DNA from: Pseudomonas phage pPa_SNUABM_DT01
DNA length: 64,000 bases
Direction: 5' to 3' (one strand)
Sequence record: MW735835.1
The notes beneath the pieces were generated by a model, which was given only the letters and a program-made list of their open reading frames with translations, searched no databases and was not told the DNA's origin. A program made the translations under genes and the position numbers. The first letter of the stretch is position 1. Every line of letters begins with the position of its first letter. Of this stretch, positions 9,852-17,666 are shown one piece after another.

Positions 9852-10229
9852 ATGAAGTTCCTACGTAGACTGTACGCTCGAATCTGTCACCGCATCACCG
9901 GTGAGATGCCCACCCTGTACGAAGGCTATATGTACGGCATGGGTTTCACGCCTCCGAACTTCCTGATCCGTTTCAGACCAGGCTGTCCCTTTGTCAAGAA
10001 CAACGTCCCTGTCTCCCTCAACCATCAGGTGATCCACCTCAGCTATTACGATCAGAACGGTCTGGGGGATTTCTCCTACGTCATGACACTCAAAGACGAG
10101 CAAGATCGTCTCATCAAGATCCGTACCGGTAAGAAAGAGATCGGAGACATCGGCATCGAGTTCGTCCCGTTCTATGACATCTTCATCCGGCCTGGGCTTG
10201 CTCAGCCGATAGAGTCTATCGAGAGCTAG
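9852..10229 (+). CDS. Hypothetical protein (125 aa)
   Basis: A GAGAGGTAACC RBS precedes the ATG. The stop codon lies inside the terminator palindrome. Confidence 0.6.
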   Translation: MKFLRRLYARICHRITGEMPTLYEGYMYGMGFTPPNFLIRFRPGCPFVKNNVPVSLNHQVIHLSYYDQNGLGDFSYVMTLKDEQDRLIKIRTGKKEIGDIGIEFVPFYDIFIRPGLAQPIESIES

Positions 10230-10263
10230 GGGATATCCCCTAGCTTCTTTTTTCTTTGTCAGA
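10224..10263 (+). terminator. Intrinsic terminator: perfect 22-bp palindrome AGCTAGGGGATATCCCCTAGCT followed by TTCTTTTTTCTTTGTCAGA
   Basis: A palindrome plus T-tract, read directly from the sequence. The T-rich 19-mer recurs verbatim at 47237-47255. Confidence 0.75.
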
Positions 10264-10355
10264 AAGTCGATTCGAATATTTTTCAGCAATACATAGTACT
10301 GGTGATCCACTGGAATAATCCATTGGTTAACCATGTACTGAACTGGAGATACATC

Positions 10356-10880
10356 ATGCTGAAGAATGTCCTGGGTGTTGCTGCTGTTGCTGGCGTAGCT
10401 TTCGTTGGTTACAAAGCCATTCGCCACTTCAAGAAAGACAGCCCTGCCGAGCTGCAAGTGTCGGCAAAGGAAGCAGTTGATAACGCACTGAAGGGCGTGC
10501 GTGAAGACCTGGCCAAGCCGGCTCCGGCCAAGTCCGATCTGCACCAGACCTTCGAGGCCTACTACGCCACCATCGCCACGTCGATTGGTTTCGAGCAGTC
10601 CTGGAAGAACGGCACCGACTACCTGAACGGTGCCATCAAGAACGTGAAGCTGGAAGATGGCAAGCTGGCCAAGTCGATCGACGATCACGGTCGTCGCATC
10701 ATCCTGATCGGCACTCAACACGGCACCATCGTGCTGTTCGAGCGTTTCAGCCCGCAAGTCCCCAACCAGCCGTTCGTCGTGGTTCACAACGAGCCACGTG
10801 AGCTGATCAACGACATCCCGCGCAGCAACCTGACCATGGAACAATTCGTTTCCGTGGTCGGCACGTTCGCAAAGCGTTAA
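10356..10880 (+). CDS. Hypothetical protein (174 aa) with an N-terminal signal/TM segment
   Basis: The internal ATG at 10356 is preceded by GGAGATACATC. The N-terminus is MLKNVLGVAAVAGVAFVGYKAI. The track ORF from 10302 has a poorer start context. Confidence 0.65.
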   Translation: MLKNVLGVAAVAGVAFVGYKAIRHFKKDSPAELQVSAKEAVDNALKGVREDLAKPAPAKSDLHQTFEAYYATIATSIGFEQSWKNGTDYLNGAIKNVKLEDGKLAKSIDDHGRRIILIGTQHGTIVLFERFSPQVPNQPFVVVHNEPRELINDIPRSNLTMEQFVSVVGTFAKR

Positions 10881-10887
10881 TGATGAA

Positions 10888-10909
10888 GGGCTGGGGTCAC
10901 ACCCAGCCC
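10888..10909 (+). terminator. Hairpin GGGCTGGG-gtcaca-CCCAGCCC after the 10356-10880 gene
   Basis: An 8-bp GC stem lying 8 nt after the stop codon. Confidence 0.45.
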
Positions 10910-10983
10910 CATCACTTAGTTTCATTCCGAGAGTGAGACTAAGTGATGGACCGTGTACCCACAATCCCAACTGGAGATAGAAC

Positions 10984-11184
10984 ATGACTAAGTTCTTCAG
11001 GTTGGTAAATGGTGAGTACCTTCCCATGAGTACTAGCGAGCTTAGGTTCTACCCGCTAGTGAAGTTTCTGAAGGAAACCTTTTACCAACTTCCCGACGGC
11101 CAAATGGTCAAGTCGGCTGTCGTACCAACCGAGTATCCCGAACTCATCGACGAGTTCACCAGCGCCCTCATGGCGTCTGAATAA
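10984..11184 (+). CDS. Small hypothetical protein (66 aa)
   Basis: ORF with an upstream GGAGATAGAAC motif. Confidence 0.5.
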   Translation: MTKFFRLVNGEYLPMSTSELRFYPLVKFLKETFYQLPDGQMVKSAVVPTEYPELIDEFTSALMASE

Positions 11185-11206
11185 CCCTGTTCTTAGGAGA
11201 ACAATC

Positions 11207-11770
11207 ATGAAAGTTTCCAAAGCCCCGGTTACCTCCACTGTAGCCGCCCTGATGTCCGCTGCCCGTGTTACTGAACCGACGCGCGTTGAGTGGGGCAGTG
11301 GTACCCGCGTTGAGTTCAAGCGCGGTAACAACCATTCTGGCATCGCCCTGAAATACGTGATGGACGACTACGATCGCGAAAGCATCTGGTTGTCTTCCGA
11401 ATGGAGCGATCTGGATAGCGACAAACAAGACCTGGTGCTGGCTGCGGCTATCAAGCTCGGCTACACCTGCTTCATGGTCAACAAGGACCTGGTCTCCATC
11501 ATCTCCTCGATCCACACCGTGATCATCGAGCCGGATGTGAGCGTCAAGTCCAAACCCCGTCATGCCACTTCCTGGGAGAACGCTCAGGAGTACGGCCTGT
11601 CGGGTTATCGCAAGAACGCCGATCGCCGTGTCGAGACCAAAGTCGAAACCGGCCCGGTCACCGTCAGCACCAACGTGAAAGTCACCGGTAAGGGTCTGAT
11701 GATCGGTCTGGGTGTCCTGGCTGTAGGCCTGGGCATCTGCGCCATCGCAGCCTCTGTATCCGACAACTGA
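11207..11770 (+). CDS. Hypothetical protein (187 aa) with a C-terminal TM anchor
   Basis: An AGGAGAACAATC RBS precedes the ATG. The C-terminus is KGLMIGLGVLAVGLGICAIAASV. Confidence 0.65.
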   Translation: MKVSKAPVTSTVAALMSAARVTEPTRVEWGSGTRVEFKRGNNHSGIALKYVMDDYDRESIWLSSEWSDLDSDKQDLVLAAAIKLGYTCFMVNKDLVSIISSIHTVIIEPDVSVKSKPRHATSWENAQEYGLSGYRKNADRRVETKVETGPVTVSTNVKVTGKGLMIGLGVLAVGLGICAIAASVSDN

Positions 11771-11801
11771 TCCATAACCCCGTCCCATTAGGAGAGACAC
11801 C

Positions 11802-12080
11802 ATGCAACAAGCCCAAGCCGCCAAGAAAGAATACCACGACGCCAACGGCAAGTTCTTCACCCGTCGTGAGACCCCCGACATGGTCTACTGGGAACTGTGC
11901 CGTTACGGTTCCTCGGTGTCCGATGCCCAAGCGGTAGAAGACATCAAGAAGAACGGCTACAAGCGTGTGGAAACCCGTGGCCAGAACGATCACGTCTACG
12001 TGAAAGTCTCGGTGCTGCTGGCCACCACTGCGAAAGACGAAGTGCTGAAAGAAATCAACGCCCACATGGGCATCCAGTAA
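11802..12080 (+). CDS. Small hypothetical protein (92 aa)
   Basis: An AGGAGAGACACC RBS precedes the ATG. The hairpin at 12095-12118 follows. Confidence 0.6.
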   Translation: MQQAQAAKKEYHDANGKFFTRRETPDMVYWELCRYGSSVSDAQAVEDIKKNGYKRVETRGQNDHVYVKVSVLLATTAKDEVLKEINAHMGIQ

Positions 12081-12094
12081 GCGTTGAGTCTCTC

Positions 12095-12118
12095 AGAGGG
12101 GTTCGTAAGAGCCCCTCT
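12095..12118 (+). terminator. Hairpin AGAGGGG-ttcgtaagag-CCCCTCT
   Basis: A 7-bp GC stem lying 15 nt after the stop of the 11802-12080 gene. Confidence 0.45.
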
Positions 12119-12156
12119 CGGAGAAACAACCCATAACCTAATCTTGGAGATACACC

Positions 12157-12579
12157 ATGTCTTATTACACCTACCAGCTGAACCCTGGTGCTGAATCCGC
12201 CGTCAAAGCCGTCACCCATGATGGCAAGCGCGGTACCGTAGAAGCTGGTCTGTGGGTCGATTACGAAGTCGCTGGTGACACGATGGTGGTCAAAGCCATC
12301 GCCAGCGGTATCCTCCCACCTGTAACCATCACCCGCTTCACTTCCTTCAATCGCCTGGCCCAAGGCGATCAAGGAGTGATCGCCGTAGTGGCAAAATCCC
12401 TCAACATGAAGAAGATCAAAGTCGGCTCCGACACTGTCCACCTGGTGGATTCTGCGGCAGAATCGGACAAGGTCTTCAGCAAAATCAAACGTGACAGTGC
12501 ACTGAAGACTCTGGGCGTTCTGGCCGGGGTTGCCGTAGTCATCGGCGTTGGTTCCTGGCTGTCCAACCGTAACAACTAA
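12157..12579 (+). CDS. Hypothetical protein (140 aa) with a C-terminal TM anchor
   Basis: A TTGGAGATACACC RBS precedes the ATG. The C-terminal hydrophobic segment is LGVLAGVAVVIGVGSWL. Confidence 0.65.
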   Translation: MSYYTYQLNPGAESAVKAVTHDGKRGTVEAGLWVDYEVAGDTMVVKAIASGILPPVTITRFTSFNRLAQGDQGVIAVVAKSLNMKKIKVGSDTVHLVDSAAESDKVFSKIKRDSALKTLGVLAGVAVVIGVGSWLSNRNN

Positions 12580-12603
12580 CCACACCTGAAAGGAGGAGTG
12601 GCC

Positions 12604-12825
12604 ATGTCTAGCATCAACAAGCAAATCATCGCCACTCGTCTCCGTGTGGCCAAGAACTTCAATCTCCTGATCGGCGCTGGCGTTGACAGCATGGTCGCCG
12701 CGGAGATTGTCAGTAAGCACAACAACCTGGCCTTCAACGACATCCGTGTCGCTGACGACCGCATCGTAATCGAATACAAGACCTGTACTTCCAAACACAG
12801 TGTCGATTTCCCTATCGCTGCATAA
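12604..12825 (+). CDS. Small hypothetical protein (73 aa)
   Basis: An AAGGAGGAG RBS lies 5 nt before the ATG at 12604. The track starts this ORF at GTG 12598. Confidence 0.55.
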   Translation: MSSINKQIIATRLRVAKNFNLLIGAGVDSMVAAEIVSKHNNLAFNDIRVADDRIVIEYKTCTSKHSVDFPIAA

Positions 12826-12836
12826 GGAGCAATACC

Positions 12837-13004
12837 ATGGATAAGAAAGAAGTTGCGCTGTACGTTGGAGCTGCTGTTGTTGGTACTATCATCGGTACCG
12901 TCACTGGCAACTGGCTGAGCAAGAAACTGTTCCACCCGCTGATGTGCGATTGCGACAAGTGCAAAGCTGAGAACGATGCGCTGGCTGCCAAAGGCAACAA
13001 GTAA
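12837..13004 (+). CDS. Unlisted small membrane protein (55 aa) with a C-terminal CDCDKC motif
   Basis: A TAAGGAGCAATACC RBS precedes the ATG at 12837. The translation is MDKKEVALYVGAAVVGTIIGTVTGNWLSKKLFHPLMCDCDKCKAENDALAAKGNK, with one TM helix. It is absent from the ORF track (below 60 aa). Confidence 0.45.
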   Translation: MDKKEVALYVGAAVVGTIIGTVTGNWLSKKLFHPLMCDCDKCKAENDALAAKGNK

Positions 13005-13013
13005 GACAGCATA

Positions 13014-13059
13014 AGAGGGAGGGCAACCTCCCTCTATCCTCTCATCTCATTTTATCTTT
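13014..13059 (+). terminator. Hairpin AGAGGGAGG-gcaa-CCTCCCTCT plus T-rich tail
   Basis: It lies immediately after the 12837-13004 ORF. It belongs to the CATAAGAGGGAG hairpin family. Confidence 0.55.
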
Positions 13060-13071
13060 GGAGGATCTGGC

Positions 13072-13809
13072 ATGAGCGAGATCTTGGTTGTAGAACTTCG
13101 TCGAGGTAAGCTTGGCAAAGAAGAACAACTGTTGGTCGATATGGCCAATGAATTGGGTATCGAGGTACAGACCACGTACGAGAAAGTGGTCTCTCGTAAC
13201 CAATTCGCCTTCAACGAGAATCACATCGTTGCGGGTGGGGTGCAATTTATCAAACATGCGCTCCGGGCCTACGGTAAAGAGTTGCCAGTTGAGAACTCTT
13301 ATCCGGAATGCTTGCACAAGTACTTGAAACGTGAAGTGAGGAAGGTTCGCACTCTGCGCGAAGCCAAGGCGATGCTCGATGAGGGCAGAACACTCTTCAT
13401 CAAACCGTGCAACATAAAGCGATTCACAGGCTTCGTCACCTGCGATCGAAACGACTTCCGGTTTAATGGCGCATCGGATCAAACGCCGGTGTGGATTTCC
13501 GAACCGGTGCAGTTCGACAGTGAATGGCGCTGTTATGTGGCCAACGGTATCATCGTGGGCGTGGAGTTCACTGACAATAGCGGTATGATTTCAGTCAAGC
13601 CTCACGTAGGCGTCATCTACGATGCCGTGCGGATCTTGACGGAGAATGGTGGTCATGCGGGTTATGCCATTGATTTCGGTGTCCTGAAGAACGGCCAGAC
13701 TGTGTTGGTTGAACTCAACGACGGTTTCTCCATAGGTGCCTACGGTGACATAGACCCAGAAGCGTACTGGGAAGTCATCCGTCAACGCTGGAAAGAGATG
13801 ATCCGCTAG
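13072..13809 (+). CDS. ATP-grasp fold protein (245 aa)
   Basis: The C-terminal portion (...GMISVKPHVGVIYDAVRILTENGGHAGYAIDFGVLKNGQTVLVELNDGFSIGAYGD) resembles the ATP-grasp C-terminal Mg/ATP-binding region (hhhElN..f). The N-terminal half is consistent with the phage ATP-grasp_4-like family. Confidence 0.55.
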   Translation: MSEILVVELRRGKLGKEEQLLVDMANELGIEVQTTYEKVVSRNQFAFNENHIVAGGVQFIKHALRAYGKELPVENSYPECLHKYLKREVRKVRTLREAKAMLDEGRTLFIKPCNIKRFTGFVTCDRNDFRFNGASDQTPVWISEPVQFDSEWRCYVANGIIVGVEFTDNSGMISVKPHVGVIYDAVRILTENGGHAGYAIDFGVLKNGQTVLVELNDGFSIGAYGDIDPEAYWEVIRQRWKEMIR

Positions 13810-13817
13810 ACGGCATA

Positions 13818-13861
13818 AGAGGGAGCCCTAGGGCTCCCTCTAGCTTTCTTTTTTCTTTTTT
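13818..13861 (+). terminator. Intrinsic terminator: perfect palindrome AGAGGGAGCCCTAGGGCTCCCTCT followed by TAGCTTTCTTTTTTCTTTTTT
   Basis: A 24-bp palindrome plus T-tract, lying between the convergent ATP-grasp gene and the endolysin gene. Confidence 0.75.
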
Positions 13862-13863
13862 GC

Positions 13864-14634
13864 TTACGCGATGCGCAGGTTGCTCGGATGCAGACCTTCC
13901 ACCAACTTCTGCTCGACCTTGGCCGCAGCTTCCGCTTTGGTGATCAGACCGTCCTTGTTTGCATCCAGGCCCTTGTTCTGCATGTAGGCTTTGGACTTGG
14001 CGTTCGCTTCGCTGAACAGCACGTAGTCTTCAGGCTTACCGACAGCAACCGGGTAGAGGATGCGCATGTAGACGTCGGAAAGGGTCTGCAACTTGCCTGC
14101 GTAGGGCTTGAAGAAGTTGTAGACGTAGGTCAGCTGTTCTTCAGCGGTCATCTTCAGAAGCTTGGCCACGGTGGTGCCAGCATCCTTAGCGGCCGCATCG
14201 CCGAACTGGATGATGCCGTAGTACGGAGCACCCGCGCCGTTCTTGATGGTCGGGGAGAACGTACCGCCGGTCTCGAACGCCATGCAGGCCATCAACTGAT
14301 CCTGACCCTGCCAGCCCATCTTCAGCTTCTGGGCGATCTCGCCAGTCTTGAAGCAGAAGTCCAGGGACACCCGTTCAGACCACGCAGGAGCCTTGCAGTA
14401 AGCGAAAAGCAGGACACCAATACCATCGGGTGCATTCGACGGTTTGGACATCGTGGAGGCCTTCCTACGGGCGTTCAGGAACGCCCCGTGAGATGCCGGA
14501 CCCCACAGGCCGTCAATGACGCCGGTGTAGAGGCCCATGGCCTTCATGTTGCGCTGAAGTTCCTTCAGCTGTTCCTTAGTTGCTGCCATTGCCAAGGCCC
14601 TCGAGGAAAGTCTGCATGGCCGGATACATGTCAC
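13864..14634 (-). CDS. Endolysin: N-terminal peptidoglycan-binding domain plus C-terminal lysozyme-like/lytic transglycosylase domain
   Basis: The PG_binding_1-like segment is LKELQRNMKAMGLYTGVIDGLWGPASHGAF. The catalytic-like segment is ACMAFETGGTFSPTIKNGAGAPYYGIIQF. This architecture matches phiKZ gp144-type endolysins. The alternative start MAATKEQ at 14589 would reduce the overlap with the upstream gene. Confidence 0.7.
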   Translation of the reverse strand: MTCIRPCRLSSRALAMAATKEQLKELQRNMKAMGLYTGVIDGLWGPASHGAFLNARRKASTMSKPSNAPDGIGVLLFAYCKAPAWSERVSLDFCFKTGEIAQKLKMGWQGQDQLMACMAFETGGTFSPTIKNGAGAPYYGIIQFGDAAAKDAGTTVAKLLKMTAEEQLTYVYNFFKPYAGKLQTLSDVYMRILYPVAVGKPEDYVLFSEANAKSKAYMQNKGLDANKDGLITKAEAAAKVEQKLVEGLHPSNLRIA

Positions 14635-15226
14635 GCAGCTTGGTGAATGGGAGGTTGCTGATCTGGGCGGACTGCGGCTGTTCGATGCCAGTGACCTTCC
14701 AGTCGAAACGCAGGCCCTGCTGGGTCAGCGTCAACGGAGTCGAACTGGTTGCCTCGAACTTGGTGATGTGCACCGCGTTCTGGTAAGACCACTTGGTTTT
14801 CTCCAGCACACGCCACAGTGCTGCCGATGCCACCTGCTCAGCGGACTCCTGAGCGTAGGTCAGCAGGCTCATGGAGTCGGCCAGGACCTTGGCGTTCAGG
14901 AAGTCGTTGATGATGGCGTCTTCCACGTAGAGCATCTTCGGCGTGATGGTGCCCTTGGTGCGGAAGTACAGACGGGAGATCTGCGGACGGTTACGCGGGA
15001 TGTACGGTTGAGCGTTGCCACCTTCGTGAGGGGCATCGGCTTCTTCCGGCCACCACTCGATGGTGTAACCCACGATGGCGTATTGCAGATCGCTCAGGAA
15101 GTTGAAGACCGTGGCTTCCTTGATGCGGCAGTTGGCGCGCAGTTGCACACCGGAGTTGTCGATCAGGCGCAGGCAGCGGAAATGCCCACGATCTGCACCG
15201 GCATAGAGGGGTTGTTCTTCAGCCAC
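14576..15226 (-). CDS. Hypothetical protein (216 aa), last gene of the radical-SAM operon
   Basis: ORF co-directional with, and tightly abutting, the upstream oxygenase gene. Confidence 0.6.
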   Translation of the reverse strand: MAEEQPLYAGADRGHFRCLRLIDNSGVQLRANCRIKEATVFNFLSDLQYAIVGYTIEWWPEEADAPHEGGNAQPYIPRNRPQISRLYFRTKGTITPKMLYVEDAIINDFLNAKVLADSMSLLTYAQESAEQVASAALWRVLEKTKWSYQNAVHITKFEATSSTPLTLTQQGLRFDWKVTGIEQPQSAQISNLPFTKLRDMYPAMQTFLEGLGNGSN

Positions 15227-15235
15227 GATGGCCTC

Positions 15236-15826
15236 CTAAAGGTCTTTGACGACGTAGTACTCGTGCAGCAGACTCAGCCGCATCTCTTCCGTCACGTGCG
15301 TCACGCTGTGCTGGATATAGCTGGGGAAGATGTAGACATCACCAGCTTTGGGTGAGATGCGATAGTTGCCGAAATGGAACTGACGCATGGGTTTGGGATA
15401 CCCGCGACATGCGTTACCACGAGGGTCGAACATGTTCAAACCATTTGCCGAGTCCGACGGGTAGCAAATTGCCGACAGGACAGACCCGGGATGGTAATGC
15501 GGATACAGGCCTTCACCGCTTTCGATCCACTTGCCATTGGTCTCGACGTAGAACTCTTCCATGCTGGTGCCGAAGGCATGCTTGGAGAACTCTTTGACCG
15601 CCGGAGTGATCACGTCGTCACGGATCTCGATGATCAGTGGCATGACATCGCGCAGGACTTTCACCTGCGAGGCGTCTTCGCCCTGGGTCATGGTGAACAG
15701 CAGGAAGATCTCTTCTGCGTAGGCTTCCATGTCGAAGCGGTCAGCCACGTTGAAGTGTGCAATCTCGGTTTTCCACGGTTGGATGATTTCCACGTTACGC
15801 TCCATTAACAGAAATGATGCCCTCAT
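15236..15826 (-). CDS. Putative 2OG-Fe(II) oxygenase (PF13759-like family), 196 aa
   Basis: The metal-site signature is LYPHYHPGSVLSAICYP...GLNMFDPRG...AGDVYIFPSYIQHSV...MRLSLLHEY. This follows the H.H...H pattern and the RiSiSFN-like ending of the 2OG-FeII_Oxy_5 family, which is common in cyanophages. Confidence 0.6.
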   Translation of the reverse strand: MRASFLLMERNVEIIQPWKTEIAHFNVADRFDMEAYAEEIFLLFTMTQGEDASQVKVLRDVMPLIIEIRDDVITPAVKEFSKHAFGTSMEEFYVETNGKWIESGEGLYPHYHPGSVLSAICYPSDSANGLNMFDPRGNACRGYPKPMRQFHFGNYRISPKAGDVYIFPSYIQHSVTHVTEEMRLSLLHEYYVVKDL

Positions 15827-16226
15827 CCGTGCACTCGAGCAGACAGTACCGGACAGTCTGCGGAGCCCAACCCGAATTGATCCAATCAGGGATCTCCTTT
15901 AGACGCTCAATAATGGCGTCGTAGGTGGCTTGGTCTTGGTCGTAAGTGACGAAGTAAGGATCTTGACCCAGGAACAGGTCCTCATCACGCAAGGTCTCGT
16001 AAATGTCAATCCCGAAGAGTTCATTCAGCTTGTAGGCGTAAATGATCGCTACCGAGTAAGACTTGGCCGGGTAGTAAAGCGGGAAGGTCGCCTCTTTGAA
16101 GTAGTGCAGGGCGTTTTCGATCTTCTCCTCGCTCTCGACCATCTCCATCAACTCGAAGTCGTCGGTGTGGTCTCGGACAAGTTGGTTGTACAGGCGCTGG
16201 TTGTCTTTATACGGATGGGAACTCAT
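15795..16226 (-). CDS. Hypothetical protein (143 aa)
   Basis: The ORF overlaps both neighbours by 20-32 nt, indicating operon-style coupling. Confidence 0.55.
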   Translation of the reverse strand: MSSHPYKDNQRLYNQLVRDHTDDFELMEMVESEEKIENALHYFKEATFPLYYPAKSYSVAIIYAYKLNELFGIDIYETLRDEDLFLGQDPYFVTYDQDQATYDAIIERLKEIPDWINSGWAPQTVRYCLLECTDEGIISVNGA

Positions 16227-16659
16227 AGTTGCTCACAAACGAGATGCGCAACTCATCATGAGGTGACCGCTCAACATGATGCAACAGTCGAGCTGAGAAG
16301 ATGACCAAGCGGCCTTCCTTCGGGTGCACACGGTGATGGTTGCCTTGTTGATCGTGGATCACCAATGGTCCTTCGGCATCCAGTAGGTAGAGTACCGAAG
16401 TGAACACATGAGGCAGGTGATCATGAGGGGTGAGGCCTCCCGGACCGATGTGCACGTGGTTCGCACAGATGACCAAGTCCTGGAGTTGCAGATGCTGCTG
16501 CGTCAGGGGCAGGATTGTTTCGTCCGCCCACTTGATCAGGTCTTCATTGATCACGACATCTTTGTCGATCTCGCAGAAAGCCTGATCTACGACCCAGTCG
16601 GGGACAGGTATCCCTTCAACCTGGAAGAACAAAGGCTCGTTCATACCAGCACGTCCCAT
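16207..16659 (-). CDS. Second 2OG-Fe(II) oxygenase-like cupin protein (150 aa)
   Basis: The signature is LTPHDHLPHVFTSVLYLL...EGRLVIFSARLLHHV...ELRISFVSNY, the same PF13759-like pattern as the 15236 gene. Confidence 0.55.
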   Translation of the reverse strand: MGRAGMNEPLFFQVEGIPVPDWVVDQAFCEIDKDVVINEDLIKWADETILPLTQQHLQLQDLVICANHVHIGPGGLTPHDHLPHVFTSVLYLLDAEGPLVIHDQQGNHHRVHPKEGRLVIFSARLLHHVERSPHDELRISFVSNYEFPSV

Positions 16660-17666
16660 TTATTTTTCATGTTGACAAGGCAGGTATCGTGCTTGAGATG
16701 ATTCATGACCGCATGGATATCGCCACGCGCACAACGATCCAAATGCAAGCACTTCCCACACTCAGGCGAATGACTGCGCTGCACCAACTGCTCGAAGTAC
16801 ATCTCTTCTTCGAACTGCTCGAGGTTGATCCCAATCCATGGCTTCTTCAGTTCGAAGTCTGGCGCAAAGATGGGGAACTTCTCGATCAAGGTAGGTGTGT
16901 AGTACAACTTGCCTTGTCGGTAGGTAGCCTCCAGACTGTCCGTCTTGGGCTTGATCAGGAACCGGTTGTACTGGGTATCCTTGCAGGCCTGAATGACGTC
17001 ACAGAAGCGACTGAAGGCGTTCAGGAATGCTTGCCGGTTGACGAGGTCATCGAAGCCCTTACGCACATGCGGAAACACGTACTCGACCAAACGACGCATG
17101 CCGAATTCCAGCTCATGGATTTGCTGATTGGTCTCCACGGAGAAGTTCTCAATGGAGTCGCCAGTCATGTTCACCGTCAGGTACAGCAGCTCGAACTTCA
17201 CGTCCGGCAGGTGGTCAATCACGTACCGGACACGCTGACGGATCAAGTCCTGGTGCTTAGGGTTGTTGATACTCTTGAGCGGGAAGGGTGTCGCCAAGGT
17301 GAAAGACTTGCCTTTCATCAGGACGTTGATCTTCTCGCAGAGCACATCGAGCCCTGTGTCGTCTAACAAGGCCAAGGGCAATACCACGCTGTCAAAGCGT
17401 TCAGCGAGTCCCTGGATCAGAGCATGTTCCAGGATACCGACACTCGCCTTAGAGGCAATGACGTCCACCGGACCAATGGTGAACTCCCGCAAGCGGTAGC
17501 CTTCCTGCTTCATGTCATCGACCAGATCCAACAGATCCCGTCGATCTTTGTTGAACGGACCGGGATCGAAGTCCCGGTCTACCATGCAACCCACGCAGTG
17601 GTACTTACAGCCTTGAAGAATCTCAAGCGTCAGGTTGAACGCTCTGTTCGGAACCAGTGCTGACAT
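16641..17666 (-). CDS. Radical SAM enzyme with C-terminal SPASM/twitch Cys cluster (341 aa), paralog 1
   Basis: The N-terminal motif is GCKYHCVGC (Cx3Cx2C) at residues 20-28. The C-terminal cluster is ...SPECGKCLHLDRCARG... Confidence 0.8.
   Translation of the reverse strand: MSALVPNRAFNLTLEILQGCKYHCVGCMVDRDFDPGPFNKDRRDLLDLVDDMKQEGYRLREFTIGPVDVIASKASVGILEHALIQGLAERFDSVVLPLALLDDTGLDVLCEKINVLMKGKSFTLATPFPLKSINNPKHQDLIRQRVRYVIDHLPDVKFELLYLTVNMTGDSIENFSVETNQQIHELEFGMRRLVEYVFPHVRKGFDDLVNRQAFLNAFSRFCDVIQACKDTQYNRFLIKPKTDSLEATYRQGKLYYTPTLIEKFPIFAPDFELKKPWIGINLEQFEEEMYFEQLVQRSHSPECGKCLHLDRCARGDIHAVMNHLKHDTCLVNMKNKWDVLV

Noticed and set aside
12091-12120. GGTTCGtaaGAGCC resembling a tRNA T-arm
   Set aside because: No acceptor, D or anticodon arms are present around it. 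It is the loop of a gene-end GC hairpin. No tRNA-like cloverleaf was found elsewhere, including the AT-rich island at 8041-9860.
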